Sequence record: CP089609.1
Length of the DNA stretch: 64,000 nt
Source: a plasmid
Strand: one strand, 5' to 3'
Translations under genes and position numbers: made by a program
Notes under the pieces: model-generated
The model's database searches: none
What the model was told of the DNA's origin: nothing
What the model saw: the letters and a program-made list of their open reading frames with translations, nothing else
Part shown: positions 28,547-37,676 of the stretch, piece by piece
How positions within the stretch are numbered: position 1 is the first letter of the stretch
How the letters are laid out: each line of letters opens with the position of its first letter

Positions 28547-28906
28547 TCACCTACCAGCGCACGTTGTCGTACGTCGGCTCGGGTGGTCAAGTGGGGTGCG
28601 GATCAACTTCTCGGCGGCGAGCAGGGCCGTCGCGAGGGGAACTAGTTCGTCGGGAAGGAGCTGGCATGTGCCGCTGACGACGGTTTCATCTCCCTCGAAA
28701 TACACGTCTTCCGATTCGCTTCCGATGAGCGTCTGCCACACCGGATCTCCAGCGCCGCTGTGCATGGTCGGCTCCGGCAGATCCACTACGGCGATGTCTT
28801 GTGCCTGGAGGTGTTCGAGGAAGTTGCGGACCTCATCCCGTGTGAGGCGACGGGTCGTGATGGCCCGCAGCGCTTGGGCGGTCGCCTCTTCGATTCGGTT
28901 ACTCAT
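28547..28906 (-). CDS. hypothetical protein
   Basis: GGAGAGG Shine-Dalgarno. 119 aa. Confidence 0.45.
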   Translation of the reverse strand: MSNRIEEATAQALRAITTRRLTRDEVRNFLEHLQAQDIAVVDLPEPTMHSGAGDPVWQTLIGSESEDVYFEGDETVVSGTCQLLPDELVPLATALLAAEKLIRTPLDHPSRRTTTCAGR

Positions 28907-29073
28907 TGCTCGACTGCCTCTCCATTGCGGAACATGATCGGGCCGGTTGAGAATGCAGCTGCGAGTTCCTCGCTGGTCATCTCGCCGAGCGGCTTGCCGT
29001 CGGTGCGCTCGGCGATTGCGTCGGAGAGTTTGTCGAGTCCCGATTCACGCTTAGTTGCTGCTTTAGTTGTCAT
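28903..29073 (-). CDS. hypothetical small protein
   Basis: ATG 29073 preceded by GGAGGA. ATGA overlap with the downstream gene. Confidence 0.4.
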   Translation of the reverse strand: MTTKAATKRESGLDKLSDAIAERTDGKPLGEMTSEELAAAFSTGPIMFRNGEAVEQ

Positions 29074-29201
29074 GCTTGTGTCCTCCATGTGTAGATGGTT
29101 TCGCGTTGCGGTACTGTGCCGCAAGGTAGTTCGGCTTGCCATCCGCGCCATTGCGGAGCGAGCCGCGCGGACCCTCTGGTGCTTGTGAGCGTCCATGTCG
29201 A

Positions 29202-29570
29202 TTAGTTTCGCGTTCTTTCGTCGTGGGTATCAGAGCGATGGCCGCCGCCCCCAGGGTTCCCGTGCCACAGTGAGCCGTCCGGCTGCGTCTCGACATACGG
29301 CATATCGGGGTGGATGAGGTCACCGCAGCCGCAGACGACGTTGGGTAGGTATTGGGGTGCCGGATCGGGGTCTACAACTTCCCATGTAATCCGCGCGCGG
29401 ATGAGTTCCGGCGTGTCAGGGCGGCCCAGTTCGTCGTATCGTCTGCTCAGGTGTGTGTGCATCGATCGTGCCTGGTTTTCGTCCCCGTACTCGTGACACG
29501 CGGTCGGCGTTCCTGTTTCGCCCCAGCGGACTCCCCATAGGGTGCCGCCGTGGTATTTGTCGCCGATCAT
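29202..29570 (-). CDS. hypothetical protein
   Basis: ATG forms an ATGA overlap with the upstream gene. 123 aa, protein-like. Confidence 0.4.
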   Translation of the reverse strand: MIGDKYHGGTLWGVRWGETGTPTACHEYGDENQARSMHTHLSRRYDELGRPDTPELIRARITWEVVDPDPAPQYLPNVVCGCGDLIHPDMPYVETQPDGSLWHGNPGGGGHRSDTHDERTRN

Positions 29571-29800
29571 TGTTCGGTTCCTGCCTTGGAGTGCCGTGTT
29601 GCATCGGGTGGTGCTTGTCCTGGGATGTCGTACTCGTCTGGGTGGTTGGCGGCGAACAGATCCGGTTCGTTGGCGTATGCCATCGCTTCTAGTTCGGTGT
29701 AGCCCAGGTCGCGTGCAGCTTGGTAGGTCGCTTTGTAGGTGGCGGCGGCGTTCTGTGGATCTTGGGGTGGTGTGTGAATCTGATTGTGGTTTGGGGTCAT
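29567..29800 (-). CDS. hypothetical small protein
   Basis: 77 aa, protein-like tail of ORF 29567..30682. ATG at 29800. Confidence 0.35.
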   Translation of the reverse strand: MTPNHNQIHTPPQDPQNAAATYKATYQAARDLGYTELEAMAYANEPDLFAANHPDEYDIPGQAPPDATRHSKAGTEQ

Positions 29801-29879
29801 TGGGGTGTTCTTTCGTTTCAGGGGCCGGGGCGGGTGTCGGGGCGGCGGGCGGCGATCTTGGTGATGGCGTGTTGGGCTC

Positions 29880-30218
29880 GGGTCCGGGGGTGGGGATGTC
29901 GCGTGTGCCGTGGGTGGCGGCTGCGGTTCCTGATTCGAATAGGGGCACCGTGGTGGTGTAGTCGAAGGCTGCGCGGAGGTCGCCTGTGGTGAGTTGGCCG
30001 TTGGATGCGGCGAGGCGGAGTGCGAGGAGGTCTGGGCCGTGGCAGCCGACCCAGCCGGCGCATAGGCGTGCTTGGTGATCGTCTGCGCTGGTTTGGTGGC
30101 AGAGGAACAGGCTGGGTGGTTGGAATGGGGTGTCGACGTCGTAGGCGGTGAGCTTGGCGTACTCGGTGGCGGCCCAGATTCCGCTCGGACGTCGCGGCGG
30201 TATGGGCAGGAGCCGCAT
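29880..30218 (-). CDS. hypothetical protein (3' end unresolved)
   Basis: Protein-like N-terminus (MRLLPIPPRRPSGIWAATEYAKLTAYDVD...FLCHQ...CAGWVGCHG). The frame then continues without a stop through Pro/Arg-rich sequence that overlaps two better-supported genes. A frameshift or sequencing error is possible. Confidence 0.25.
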
Positions 30219-30261
30219 GGCTGTCGTGCCGGGCCGCGGACCTCGGTTCGTCGAGCGTGGG

Positions 30262-30753
30262 TCATGGTGTGATCGTCCTTGGCAGGGGTGACAGGCCAGG
30301 GGTGGCGGGTGTCTGGGAGGTCTCGGCGGTGCGGTGCATTTCGTGGATGATGTGTTCGGGTGCGAGGCGTCCGCCGTTGGCGGCTCGGCGGCGGTTGCGT
30401 TCGAGGCATTCGGCCAGCGGGGTGTCGATGGTGATGATCTGGTAGGTGAGGTTGTGGCGGTGGGCGAGATCTGTCCAGACCGCCAAGTGTTCGGGTTCGA
30501 GGTTGGTGTCGTCGATGACGATGGATTTGCCGTTGAGTAGGGCGGTTTCGGCGAGGCTGATCTCGTGCGTGGTGACGATGTCTTCCTGTTCTTGGGTCAG
30601 TTCGCTGTATTGACCGAACAGGTGATACCGGAGTGTGTCGCGGTTGATGATTTCCCGGTTGCCGGGGTCGGCTTGGCGCCACGTGTTCGCCCAGGTGGTC
30701 TTACCGGCCGCTGGTAAGCCTGTGAGAATGAGAACCGTTGGGTGGTCGGTCAT
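30262..30753 (-). CDS. P-loop NTPase/kinase (AAA_33 / zeta-toxin-like fold)
   Basis: Walker A LTGLPAAGKTTWA at the N-terminus. AGGAGC Shine-Dalgarno. ATGA overlap with the upstream gene. Confidence 0.55.
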   Translation of the reverse strand: MTDHPTVLILTGLPAAGKTTWANTWRQADPGNREIINRDTLRYHLFGQYSELTQEQEDIVTTHEISLAETALLNGKSIVIDDTNLEPEHLAVWTDLAHRHNLTYQIITIDTPLAECLERNRRRAANGGRLAPEHIIHEMHRTAETSQTPATPGLSPLPRTITP

Positions 30754-31037
30754 TCCGATGCTCCTGATGCTGCGCCGGTGAGGTTGGTGAGTTCTGGGCG
30801 GAGATTGTCTCGGGGCTCCCATTCCTGGGTTTGGGGGTTGTATTGGCCGATGGTGATGATGGGTTCTCCGGCCTCGTTGAGGTAGACGAAGATCGATCCG
30901 TAGAGCTGGCCGTCGGTGCTCAGGTAGACGTTGCCGCTATATTCCGATTCGCCGTATTCGTCAGGTTTGCCGAGGTCCACGGTCCACGGTGTTCCTCCGG
31001 CGTCGAGGGTGAGTGTGGATTTGGGGTGGCCGCTCAT
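30750..31037 (-). CDS. hypothetical protein; first gene of the leftward operon, probably leaderless
   Basis: The ATG at 31037 lies 7 nt downstream of TATAGT, which overlaps operator copy 3. Confidence 0.4.
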   Translation of the reverse strand: MSGHPKSTLTLDAGGTPWTVDLGKPDEYGESEYSGNVYLSTDGQLYGSIFVYLNEAGEPIITIGQYNPQTQEWEPRDNLRPELTNLTGAASGASE

Positions 31038-31047
31038 AACAATTACT

Positions 31048-31067
31048 ATACACCTTAGTAGGTGTAT
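31048..31067. promoter_or_regulatory. Operator palindrome copy 3 (ATACACC-TTAGTA-GGTGTAT)
   Basis: Perfect 7-6-7 inverted repeat in the divergent intergenic region. Its right half provides TATAGT on the minus strand. Confidence 0.6.
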
Positions 31068-31188
31068 AGATGCGATATTTGACCGTTTCACCTACGTCCT
31101 GATGGTGCGCCGTACACCAGCCCGGGCCTGGGATACTTGGTCGAGCGGGCGACGGGCACACCGCGCCAGGCCAGGAGGGGATCGGATC

Positions 31189-31578
31189 GTGAATCGAACG
31201 CAACACGCTGCGGCCATAGCGGCTACGACACTGTGCACCCTTACGGTCGGGGGATGCTCGACGCCGGAGCCCGCCAACGCACAGGGGTCAACACCGGCGG
31301 GCCCCAGTATCGAGTCACCGGCAGCCCCGCTCAGCAAGTTGACCGCCATAGGCCGGCACTGCTTTGGTTCTGCTGCCGATGTCGCCGCAGCGGCAGCGCG
31401 GATCGCGGCAGACACTGAGCGCCAGGCCCGGCAGATTGTGGATGCGCGGCGCATCGCCGATGCCGGAGGACCACTTCCCCAGGTCGGGTTCGACACGATC
31501 TTTGTGGTGTCCGATCCCGACACCGACCACTGCGTCGAGGTCACAGAGACCCGGTACATTCCGCCGCCGGCTCGCTGA
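31189..31578 (+). CDS. putative lipoprotein
   Basis: GTG with AGGAGGGG Shine-Dalgarno. Signal peptide with lipobox LTVGGC. Confidence 0.5.
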   Translation: MNRTQHAAAIAATTLCTLTVGGCSTPEPANAQGSTPAGPSIESPAAPLSKLTAIGRHCFGSAADVAAAAARIAADTERQARQIVDARRIADAGGPLPQVGFDTIFVVSDPDTDHCVEVTETRYIPPPAR

Positions 31579-31596
31579 AACCCGCAGGTGCGGGGT

Positions 31597-31864
31597 GAGT
31601 GGCGCGTTTGCGGATGTGACCGTAGCGTCCTGGGATATGTACCGACCTGAGCTTCACATCGCGGACATGCGCGCACAGCTGGACAAGATCCGGGGACATT
31701 GCGCCATGGACGACCATCTGGAGTTGTCGGCCGAGCTTGATCGGCTTGCGGCCCTGGATCCCAGCACTCGCATGGGTCAGCGCGAGCTCGTCGGGAAACC
31801 AGGCCTGGAGTTGATGCGCCGGATGCAGATCGCTGTGAAGCGGCACGCGGGAAGGCTCAGCTGA
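31597..31864 (+). CDS. hypothetical protein
   Basis: GTG start. An alternative start is ATG 31639. Confidence 0.3.
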
Positions 31865-31964
31865 GCCTCGCCCGCTACCAGCAATTTGTTGCGTTTGGGT
31901 GTGGCACAACACTGTGGCCGCTCATAGCGTGGGATCACACGGCAGTCAGACCGAAGGAATCCGT

Positions 31965-32231
31965 ATGTCGCACGACACCATTGGGCAGTACATCGACAAT
32001 GTTCTCGCTGTTGCTCGCAGGTTGGCGTTGCTGCCGGCGATCGCCGTCGACGCCGACGCCTCCGGGCGGGTCGCTGGGACGATCGAGGACCTCGAAGGCC
32101 TCCGTCGCGGAGTCGACGCCGTCCATGACGATTCTCCCGCCGCGAAGGTGATGACCGTTCAGCGCGTGGATGACACGTTGGCCGAGTTGCAGAGCGTGCT
32201 CGCCGCCCGAGGTGGAACAGCGAGTTCCTGA
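31965..32231 (+). CDS. hypothetical protein
   Basis: AAGGAA Shine-Dalgarno. 88 aa. Confidence 0.4.
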   Translation: MSHDTIGQYIDNVLAVARRLALLPAIAVDADASGRVAGTIEDLEGLRRGVDAVHDDSPAAKVMTVQRVDDTLAELQSVLAARGGTASS

Positions 32232-32414
32232 CCTCCCAGGGCGCCCCTGGGGCACGCTTTGCCGCATTCTGGGCTCTTCGGGCACTTCAAAGGATCTCCT
32301 CCGGTGATGACCGGTTCTGTCGGGACCCGGGCATATACCTATGGGCATGTTGACATTTTCGCCCGCGGCAGCCGCTCGGCGCTCTGGCGCCAACGTCTGG
32401 ACATCCTTGGCCAT

Positions 32415-32434
32415 ATACACCTTGATAGGTGTAT
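32415..32434. promoter_or_regulatory. Operator palindrome copy 4 (ATACACC-TTGATA-GGTGTAT) overlapping TATTGT
   Basis: Perfect 7-6-7 inverted repeat, 50 bp upstream of the 32487 gene. Confidence 0.6.
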
Positions 32435-32486
32435 TGTTGGGCGAGTTCGAGAGTCGCCCAACAATCACTGAAACAGGGGCATTCGT

Positions 32487-33401
32487 ATGAATTCGACGGT
32501 CAAGTTGGTGTGCGCAACACTGCTCCTTCTGAGCATGGTCACCTTGATGCCGACAATGGTGAGACAGTTCACCGCCAGCGTCGCGGAGATAACCGGTGCA
32601 CCCACCTCGACGAGCGCCGAGCCGGCTGCATCTGAGCCGCCGCGGCCCAGCCCCGCTCCCCCGACTTCAGAGGCTCCGTCGACGCCGTTCGAAGGGTCAC
32701 CCATTGAAGGGAGTCCGCTCACCGTCGACTGGACCGTGCTGGGCATCATCGCAGTGGTGGTGCTGTTCGTTGTCGCGCTCTCCTTCGCCGCTTTCTACTT
32801 GTGGCGCAGCGTTTCTCGGCATCGCAGTGCTGCGCAGGAGGCCCGTGACCGACGGGAGGCTCAGTTGCAGCGGTGGGCCAAGGGGGTCAAGGCCGTCACG
32901 TCGGTGTCGGAGAAGCTGTGGGAGTTCGAAGCCGACCCGGAATCGGTGTATTTCACCCGTCCGCTGCTGGCTGATGTCACCGAGCCCGCCAGTGCACGGT
33001 TCTACACGGCGTACTCCAAAGTTCAGGCGTTGCAGACCGAGACAGTGCCGTTCGACGATGAGCTGATCGGGGACTTCGTGACCGCGGCCGCCGAGGCTGA
33101 GCGCGCATTCGGGGCAGCCGATGACAACGCTCGGCGTAAGGCGCGGGCCGGCGTAGTGTCGGGTGGCCGGACCCTCACGCCCGAGCAGTCGCGCAAGCTC
33201 GGCCTGGCGCGCAAGCTCATGGCTCAGGCACTGGATTCTGCCAATACCTCCGAGGCGGCCGCATCGGCTCATGCGAAAGCCACTGATTTGCTCGACCAGG
33301 TCGGGGTGGTGGTGCCTGAGCGGTTGGCCACCGCTGTGGTGCGTCAGATCGAGGAGACCCATCGGCCGCAGTTGACGGCCGGTAAAGCGGGCGTCTCGTG
33401 A
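32487..33401 (+). CDS. hypothetical secreted/membrane protein with a Pro/Ser/Thr-rich linker
   Basis: N-terminal hydrophobic segment, a PAPPTSEAPSTP linker, and a second transmembrane segment. Confidence 0.45.
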   Translation: MNSTVKLVCATLLLLSMVTLMPTMVRQFTASVAEITGAPTSTSAEPAASEPPRPSPAPPTSEAPSTPFEGSPIEGSPLTVDWTVLGIIAVVVLFVVALSFAAFYLWRSVSRHRSAAQEARDRREAQLQRWAKGVKAVTSVSEKLWEFEADPESVYFTRPLLADVTEPASARFYTAYSKVQALQTETVPFDDELIGDFVTAAAEAERAFGAADDNARRKARAGVVSGGRTLTPEQSRKLGLARKLMAQALDSANTSEAAASAHAKATDLLDQVGVVVPERLATAVVRQIEETHRPQLTAGKAGVS

Positions 33402-34765
33402 GCGGCGGCACCGGCGTGACGCGTGTAGTGACGTTGTGCGGGTCGATGCGGTTCTTCGAGCAGATGCTTGGTGTGGCCGCGGACCTGACGGCGCAGGGGT
33501 ACGTTGTGTTGGCGCCGTTTCCTGTTGACGAGTCCACGGCCGCCGAGCGTGTCAGTGAACTGGCCGTGTTGCATCGCCGCAAGATCGATATGGCCGATTC
33601 GGTAATCGTGGTAACCGATGAATCGGGTCACATCGGTGATGCCACGCAAGGCGAGATCGCCTATGCCCGGTCTGTCGGCAAGTTGGTCTCGCTTCGGGCT
33701 GTGACGGCGTCCGGAGATCAGATCGGGACGACGATCCCCTGGCCTCCGCACTGGCCGGCGCCGGCGGGGGAGCTTCCCTCCAGGGCTTATCCGCCGCTGG
33801 TGCGGTCGGTCACCAGTATCGGCGAGGCCCGCGAGCACTATCCGCGGGTCTTGGTTCCGGTGGCCGTGGATGCCGAGTCGGTCCTTGTCTCATGGCATCT
33901 CCGGCGCACTGCGCACTGCTTGGTCGTGGGGCAGGGCAACACCGCGGTGAGCGCGGCGATGGTTACCAGCGCGGCCGAACAGGGCGCTCGAGTCGTCATC
34001 ATCGATCCCACGGCCGCGTTGGTGGGTTTGCGTGACTATCCGGGTGTGGTGAGCGTGGCTACTCAACCCTTCGAAGCGGTCGCGCTGATCCACACTGTTT
34101 TCGATGAAATGCGGCAGCGGGGTGGTCAGATGCAGACCGGCAGGGCGGCGGCTGATGTCGAGCCGCTGCTGCTCGTTGTCAACGAGTACGCGCGGCTGCG
34201 GGACAGTCTTCAGGCGTTGTATGCGTCGACGAAAACCCCAGGGGCACCGCGGGAATGCCCGACGATCACCGAGTTGGCGTCGATAGTGCGTCTTGGGCGT
34301 CCGAGCCGGGTCCACTGCTTGCTGACTGCAGAAAGTCCAGATCTTCAGGGCACGGGTGGCGACCTTGTTGACGAGTTCGGGATTCGGCTGTCGCTGGGCC
34401 GGCTGTCAGCTGCTGCGGCGTTGAGTATTCATGGTGACCCTCGTGCGGGCACCGACGTTGAGTTGGGGGTCCGCGGCCGCGGCACACTCACATCTTGGGA
34501 TGTGACCCTCCTGCCGATCAGGGTGCAAGCGGTTGAAGTTGATCAGGACATCGTCGACGCATCGCGGCACTCACGGGTCGCGCTGTATGAGCGGATCGTG
34601 GTCACACCGCCGGCGGCCGACCCTGCCCAGGCCGGTGAGGACTTCTGCTTCTACCAGGCACTGGTGTTGGTGAAAGCGGCGCAGCATCCTGAGTTCGACC
34701 CACTGTCCCCGGCCTACGCGCCGCCGGACTGGTTGCAGCACCCGGAGGACGGTGATGCGGCATGA
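33398..34765 (+). CDS. Fusion protein: N-terminal SLOG-like Rossmann domain plus a degenerate FtsK/VirD4-like P-loop domain
   Basis: N-terminal VVTLCGSMRF...SGHIGDATQGEIAYA resembles the LOG/deoxyribosyltransferase superfamily. Central HCLVVGQGNTAVSAAM...ARVVIIDPTAAL...LLLVVNEYARL aligns to FtsK/TraB/VirD4 Walker A and Walker B regions, but the Walker A Lys-Ser is replaced by Val-Ser and the Walker B Asp by Asn. Confidence 0.45.
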   Translation: MSGGTGVTRVVTLCGSMRFFEQMLGVAADLTAQGYVVLAPFPVDESTAAERVSELAVLHRRKIDMADSVIVVTDESGHIGDATQGEIAYARSVGKLVSLRAVTASGDQIGTTIPWPPHWPAPAGELPSRAYPPLVRSVTSIGEAREHYPRVLVPVAVDAESVLVSWHLRRTAHCLVVGQGNTAVSAAMVTSAAEQGARVVIIDPTAALVGLRDYPGVVSVATQPFEAVALIHTVFDEMRQRGGQMQTGRAAADVEPLLLVVNEYARLRDSLQALYASTKTPGAPRECPTITELASIVRLGRPSRVHCLLTAESPDLQGTGGDLVDEFGIRLSLGRLSAAAALSIHGDPRAGTDVELGVRGRGTLTSWDVTLLPIRVQAVEVDQDIVDASRHSRVALYERIVVTPPAADPAQAGEDFCFYQALVLVKAAQHPEFDPLSPAYAPPDWLQHPEDGDAA

Positions 34766-34809
34766 GCCGCAGCGTTGACCAACCTTTTCGAGTGAAGGAG
34801 CAGATAGAG

Positions 34810-35226
34810 ATGTCTGACACCCATCCGACGCATGTTGAGACCTCCGGCGCGCTGGCCGGCCACAGCGTGGACGCTGATGTTCCCGCCATTGACGACGTGG
34901 GCGCCCAGGGCGATGTGCTGGTGTCGGCCGCGAAGGTGCGGCGGGCCCGGACACCGCTGACGGAGCCGGTGGTGATCGTCGAAGCCGGGTTCGGCGGCAA
35001 CCCGCACACGTTACATCCCGACGGTGAGTGCTTCTGGGATCCCGAACTGGACGAAGGCCTCAAGCTCGGGGTGCTGACCATCCCCAAGGGGTCGCGGGTG
35101 TTCCTGTTCCATGCGGAGCGGCCGACCGAAGCCGACCACGGCGGCCTGGAGATCCTGCCGGGCACCTATCGGGTGAGCCGGCAGCGTGAGTACGCCGGCG
35201 AGCGCTGGTCGATGGTGGCCGACTGA
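34810..35226 (+). CDS. hypothetical protein
   Basis: AAGGAGCAGATAGAGATG Shine-Dalgarno. Confidence 0.45.
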   Translation: MSDTHPTHVETSGALAGHSVDADVPAIDDVGAQGDVLVSAAKVRRARTPLTEPVVIVEAGFGGNPHTLHPDGECFWDPELDEGLKLGVLTIPKGSRVFLFHAERPTEADHGGLEILPGTYRVSRQREYAGERWSMVAD

Positions 35227-35229
35227 CCA

Positions 35230-36519
35230 ATGACGACGACCATCGACGCAGTTGAGGACCTCTCCCCCGCGCTGCGCGCCCAGATCCGTGCCTTCGACCA
35301 GCACTGGATCGAGCTGCTGACCGGGACAGCTCGCGCGGATCGTGCGGCGGTGGAGGCCGCCTTGTCCAGGATCTATCTGCATCGAGGTCTTGCGCCGCCG
35401 GCGCACGTGGTGTGGGTGGACTCACCAGTTGCCGTCGGCTATCTCACCGAGCTGATCCTGGTCGACGGCCGCGCCGAGGCAGTACGGAGCCGGTTATCTG
35501 GCGAGCAGCGCGAGGCATTTCGGTCATTGTTGGACGCTCAAGTGGCGTCAGGGTTTTGGGACACCAGTCGGCGCACCGGTGGGTATATGCCGCTGCCAGC
35601 TGTACATAGCGGCGAGTCCTGGATGGGTGTATTGGGTCTGGATCTGCACGAGTGGCGGCCATCGTCGTTCGTTTTTGACGACGGCGGCGCGAAGTCGGCA
35701 TTGGCGCGGTTTCGCCGGTACTCGGTCGGCGGTCAGTCACGGTATTTCGACGAGTGGGTCGATGCGTTGATGTGGCGGGCACCGGCGGGCACGGTGGAAT
35801 GGCTGGTAGATCAGTACGTCGAGCGGTGGTTGGGGTCGCGATCGCGGCCGCGGTGGTGGCCGTCGCCGGTGTCCGGGCTGAGCCACCCGCGGTGGCGCGG
35901 TGAGTGGTTCCGATTGTCGGTCTCTGGTGATATCGAGGAGGCTCGACTGTATCGGGACCTCAGCGCGGTCTACCGGCATGCCAGTTATGTGCAGTTTTTG
36001 CCTGATGTTGTTGTGCTGAGCGAGAATCCGACATCGATCATGTTGGATCGCGACGGTCGCTGCCACAACGAGACGGGTCCGGCGTTGACGTTCGCCGATG
36101 GGTCCGTGCAGTACTGCTGGCATGGTCGGCCGGTGCCCGCCGAAGCGATCCTCGAGCCTGTCGACTTGGGCATGATCGTGCGCGAGCGCAACGCCGAGGT
36201 ACGGCGATGCCTGATCGAGCGGATGGGTTGGGACACCCTGGTGCGGGTCGGGCATCTGGAGCCTGTCAGCCCGGAGGTGGATGATCCGGGCAATCCCCCG
36301 CACACACTGCGCTTGTATGAGATTCCAGAACGGCTGCAGCAGAGAAAATCTCGGCCGGCGCGGCTGTTGCTGTGCACGAACGGAACTGCCGAGGCAGATG
36401 GCTCATTCCGGCGGTACGGACTGCTGGTCCACGGCCGGCATACCGATCCGGTGGCCGCAGTAGCCGAGCTGTACGGCGTTTCGGCCAACACGTACCGGAG
36501 GATGCAAGCCCGTACCTGA
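35230..36519 (+). CDS. hypothetical protein (429 aa)
   Basis: Long protein-like ORF with no recognisable motif. Confidence 0.45.
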   Translation: MTTTIDAVEDLSPALRAQIRAFDQHWIELLTGTARADRAAVEAALSRIYLHRGLAPPAHVVWVDSPVAVGYLTELILVDGRAEAVRSRLSGEQREAFRSLLDAQVASGFWDTSRRTGGYMPLPAVHSGESWMGVLGLDLHEWRPSSFVFDDGGAKSALARFRRYSVGGQSRYFDEWVDALMWRAPAGTVEWLVDQYVERWLGSRSRPRWWPSPVSGLSHPRWRGEWFRLSVSGDIEEARLYRDLSAVYRHASYVQFLPDVVVLSENPTSIMLDRDGRCHNETGPALTFADGSVQYCWHGRPVPAEAILEPVDLGMIVRERNAEVRRCLIERMGWDTLVRVGHLEPVSPEVDDPGNPPHTLRLYEIPERLQQRKSRPARLLLCTNGTAEADGSFRRYGLLVHGRHTDPVAAVAELYGVSANTYRRMQART

Positions 36520-36555
36520 CCTCGACGCTGCTACTGGTCTGAGTGTGGTCACACT

Positions 36556-36810
36556 GTGGGAGTGGCGGTGTACTACCCGGGTGACTGTGTGACGGCTCGT
36601 GATGTTGAGGGTGGCGAGGTCAGCTTTACGCTGGCCGATTCCTTCGACGGTCTGCTGATCGACCGGGTGGAGACTGTGGATTGCGCGGCCCCAACCGGGT
36701 TCATCGTGCATTTCGACAGTGCTGCGCTGCGCACGTGGCGGCGGCTGGGGATCGATGTGGCCGAGACCGTTGAGGCCGCCGCCGACGAGCTCGTTGACAA
36801 CGCCGGCTGA
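36556..36810 (+). CDS. hypothetical protein
   Basis: 84 aa ORF. Confidence 0.3.
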   Translation: MGVAVYYPGDCVTARDVEGGEVSFTLADSFDGLLIDRVETVDCAAPTGFIVHFDSAALRTWRRLGIDVAETVEAAADELVDNAG

Positions 36811-36869
36811 GGCCGGGCCGTCGAATTGCTGCACGAGTGCGTGCCGCGGGAGCCATAGGCTCAAGTGGT

Positions 36870-37238
36870 ATGGGAGACGGCCAGGTGTATGTGGCGGTTG
36901 AGGACCTTGCGACGGTGTGTCGCGCGGTAATCGACGGTTCGGTGCAAGTACCGGTGCCGGTGGAGGTTGCCTCGTCGATGGCCAAGCTGGTGTCCCAGGC
37001 ATACGGACAGGGCGGTGCTGAGGCCAGGTTCAGTGACAACGGGGACGTCGTGGTGGTCCTGGCCCTTGTCGGGCGCTCCTCGGAGCTGCTCGGGCGGCTG
37101 GGCCGGCCGGACTTGGTGACCGAGATCGACCAGTTGGCCGCCGCGGCGATCAAGTCAGGGCAGTCCGGAGTGATGATGACGATGACGCCGCCGCTGTTGC
37201 GATGCGCCCGGGCGGTCCTGGTCCGTGCGCGGCAGTAA
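36870..37238 (+). CDS. hypothetical protein
   Basis: Internal ATG. 122 aa. Confidence 0.3.
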   Translation: MGDGQVYVAVEDLATVCRAVIDGSVQVPVPVEVASSMAKLVSQAYGQGGAEARFSDNGDVVVVLALVGRSSELLGRLGRPDLVTEIDQLAAAAIKSGQSGVMMTMTPPLLRCARAVLVRARQ

Positions 37239-37334
37239 ACCATGTCTGGGGCGCTGCAGCACTGATCGTCGGGTGCCGCGTGCGGGCTGGAATCGCCTTG
37301 GCTGAGCGGGCTATAGCGGTCAAACTCGGAGGCT

Positions 37335-37676
37335 ATGAGCGTCGTTGCGATGGGATTGCTGGTACTGGCCGGGGTTGGGGTGCTGATCTGTTGGCCAGGG
37401 GCGCCGGGTACGGACAGTTGGTGGGCCGGACCAGGCCAGCGATCAAGTCGACAAGGCCGGCGGCGCCAGGTCGTCGGCGACAGCGTGACCGTACTGGGGC
37501 TGTTGGGCTCAGTGATAGTCCAGTTCGTGATGGGAGGTCCTCCCGATGTGGCGGGAGTGGTCACGTTGGTGATCGGTCTGTTGGTGGTAGCGCTGCTCGT
37601 GTGGCTGTTTACCCGCCGGTATGCGCGTGCGCGGCGCGCTTCTGCCGATGAAGCGTCCCCGCCGGTGGCGGACTGA
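37335..37676 (+). CDS. hypothetical membrane protein
   Basis: GGAGG Shine-Dalgarno. Three predicted transmembrane helices. Confidence 0.4.
   Translation: MSVVAMGLLVLAGVGVLICWPGAPGTDSWWAGPGQRSSRQGRRRQVVGDSVTVLGLLGSVIVQFVMGGPPDVAGVVTLVIGLLVVALLVWLFTRRYARARRASADEASPPVAD

Noticed and set aside
30-30682. Many long reverse-strand or alternative-frame ORFs rich in Arg/Pro/Ala (e.g. 30..809-, 1272..2018-, 19527..20084-, 25352..25987-, 18100..19245+, upper part of 29567..30682-)
   Set aside because: These are typical high-GC shadow frames. They are low-complexity, have no Shine-Dalgarno, and overlap better-supported genes.
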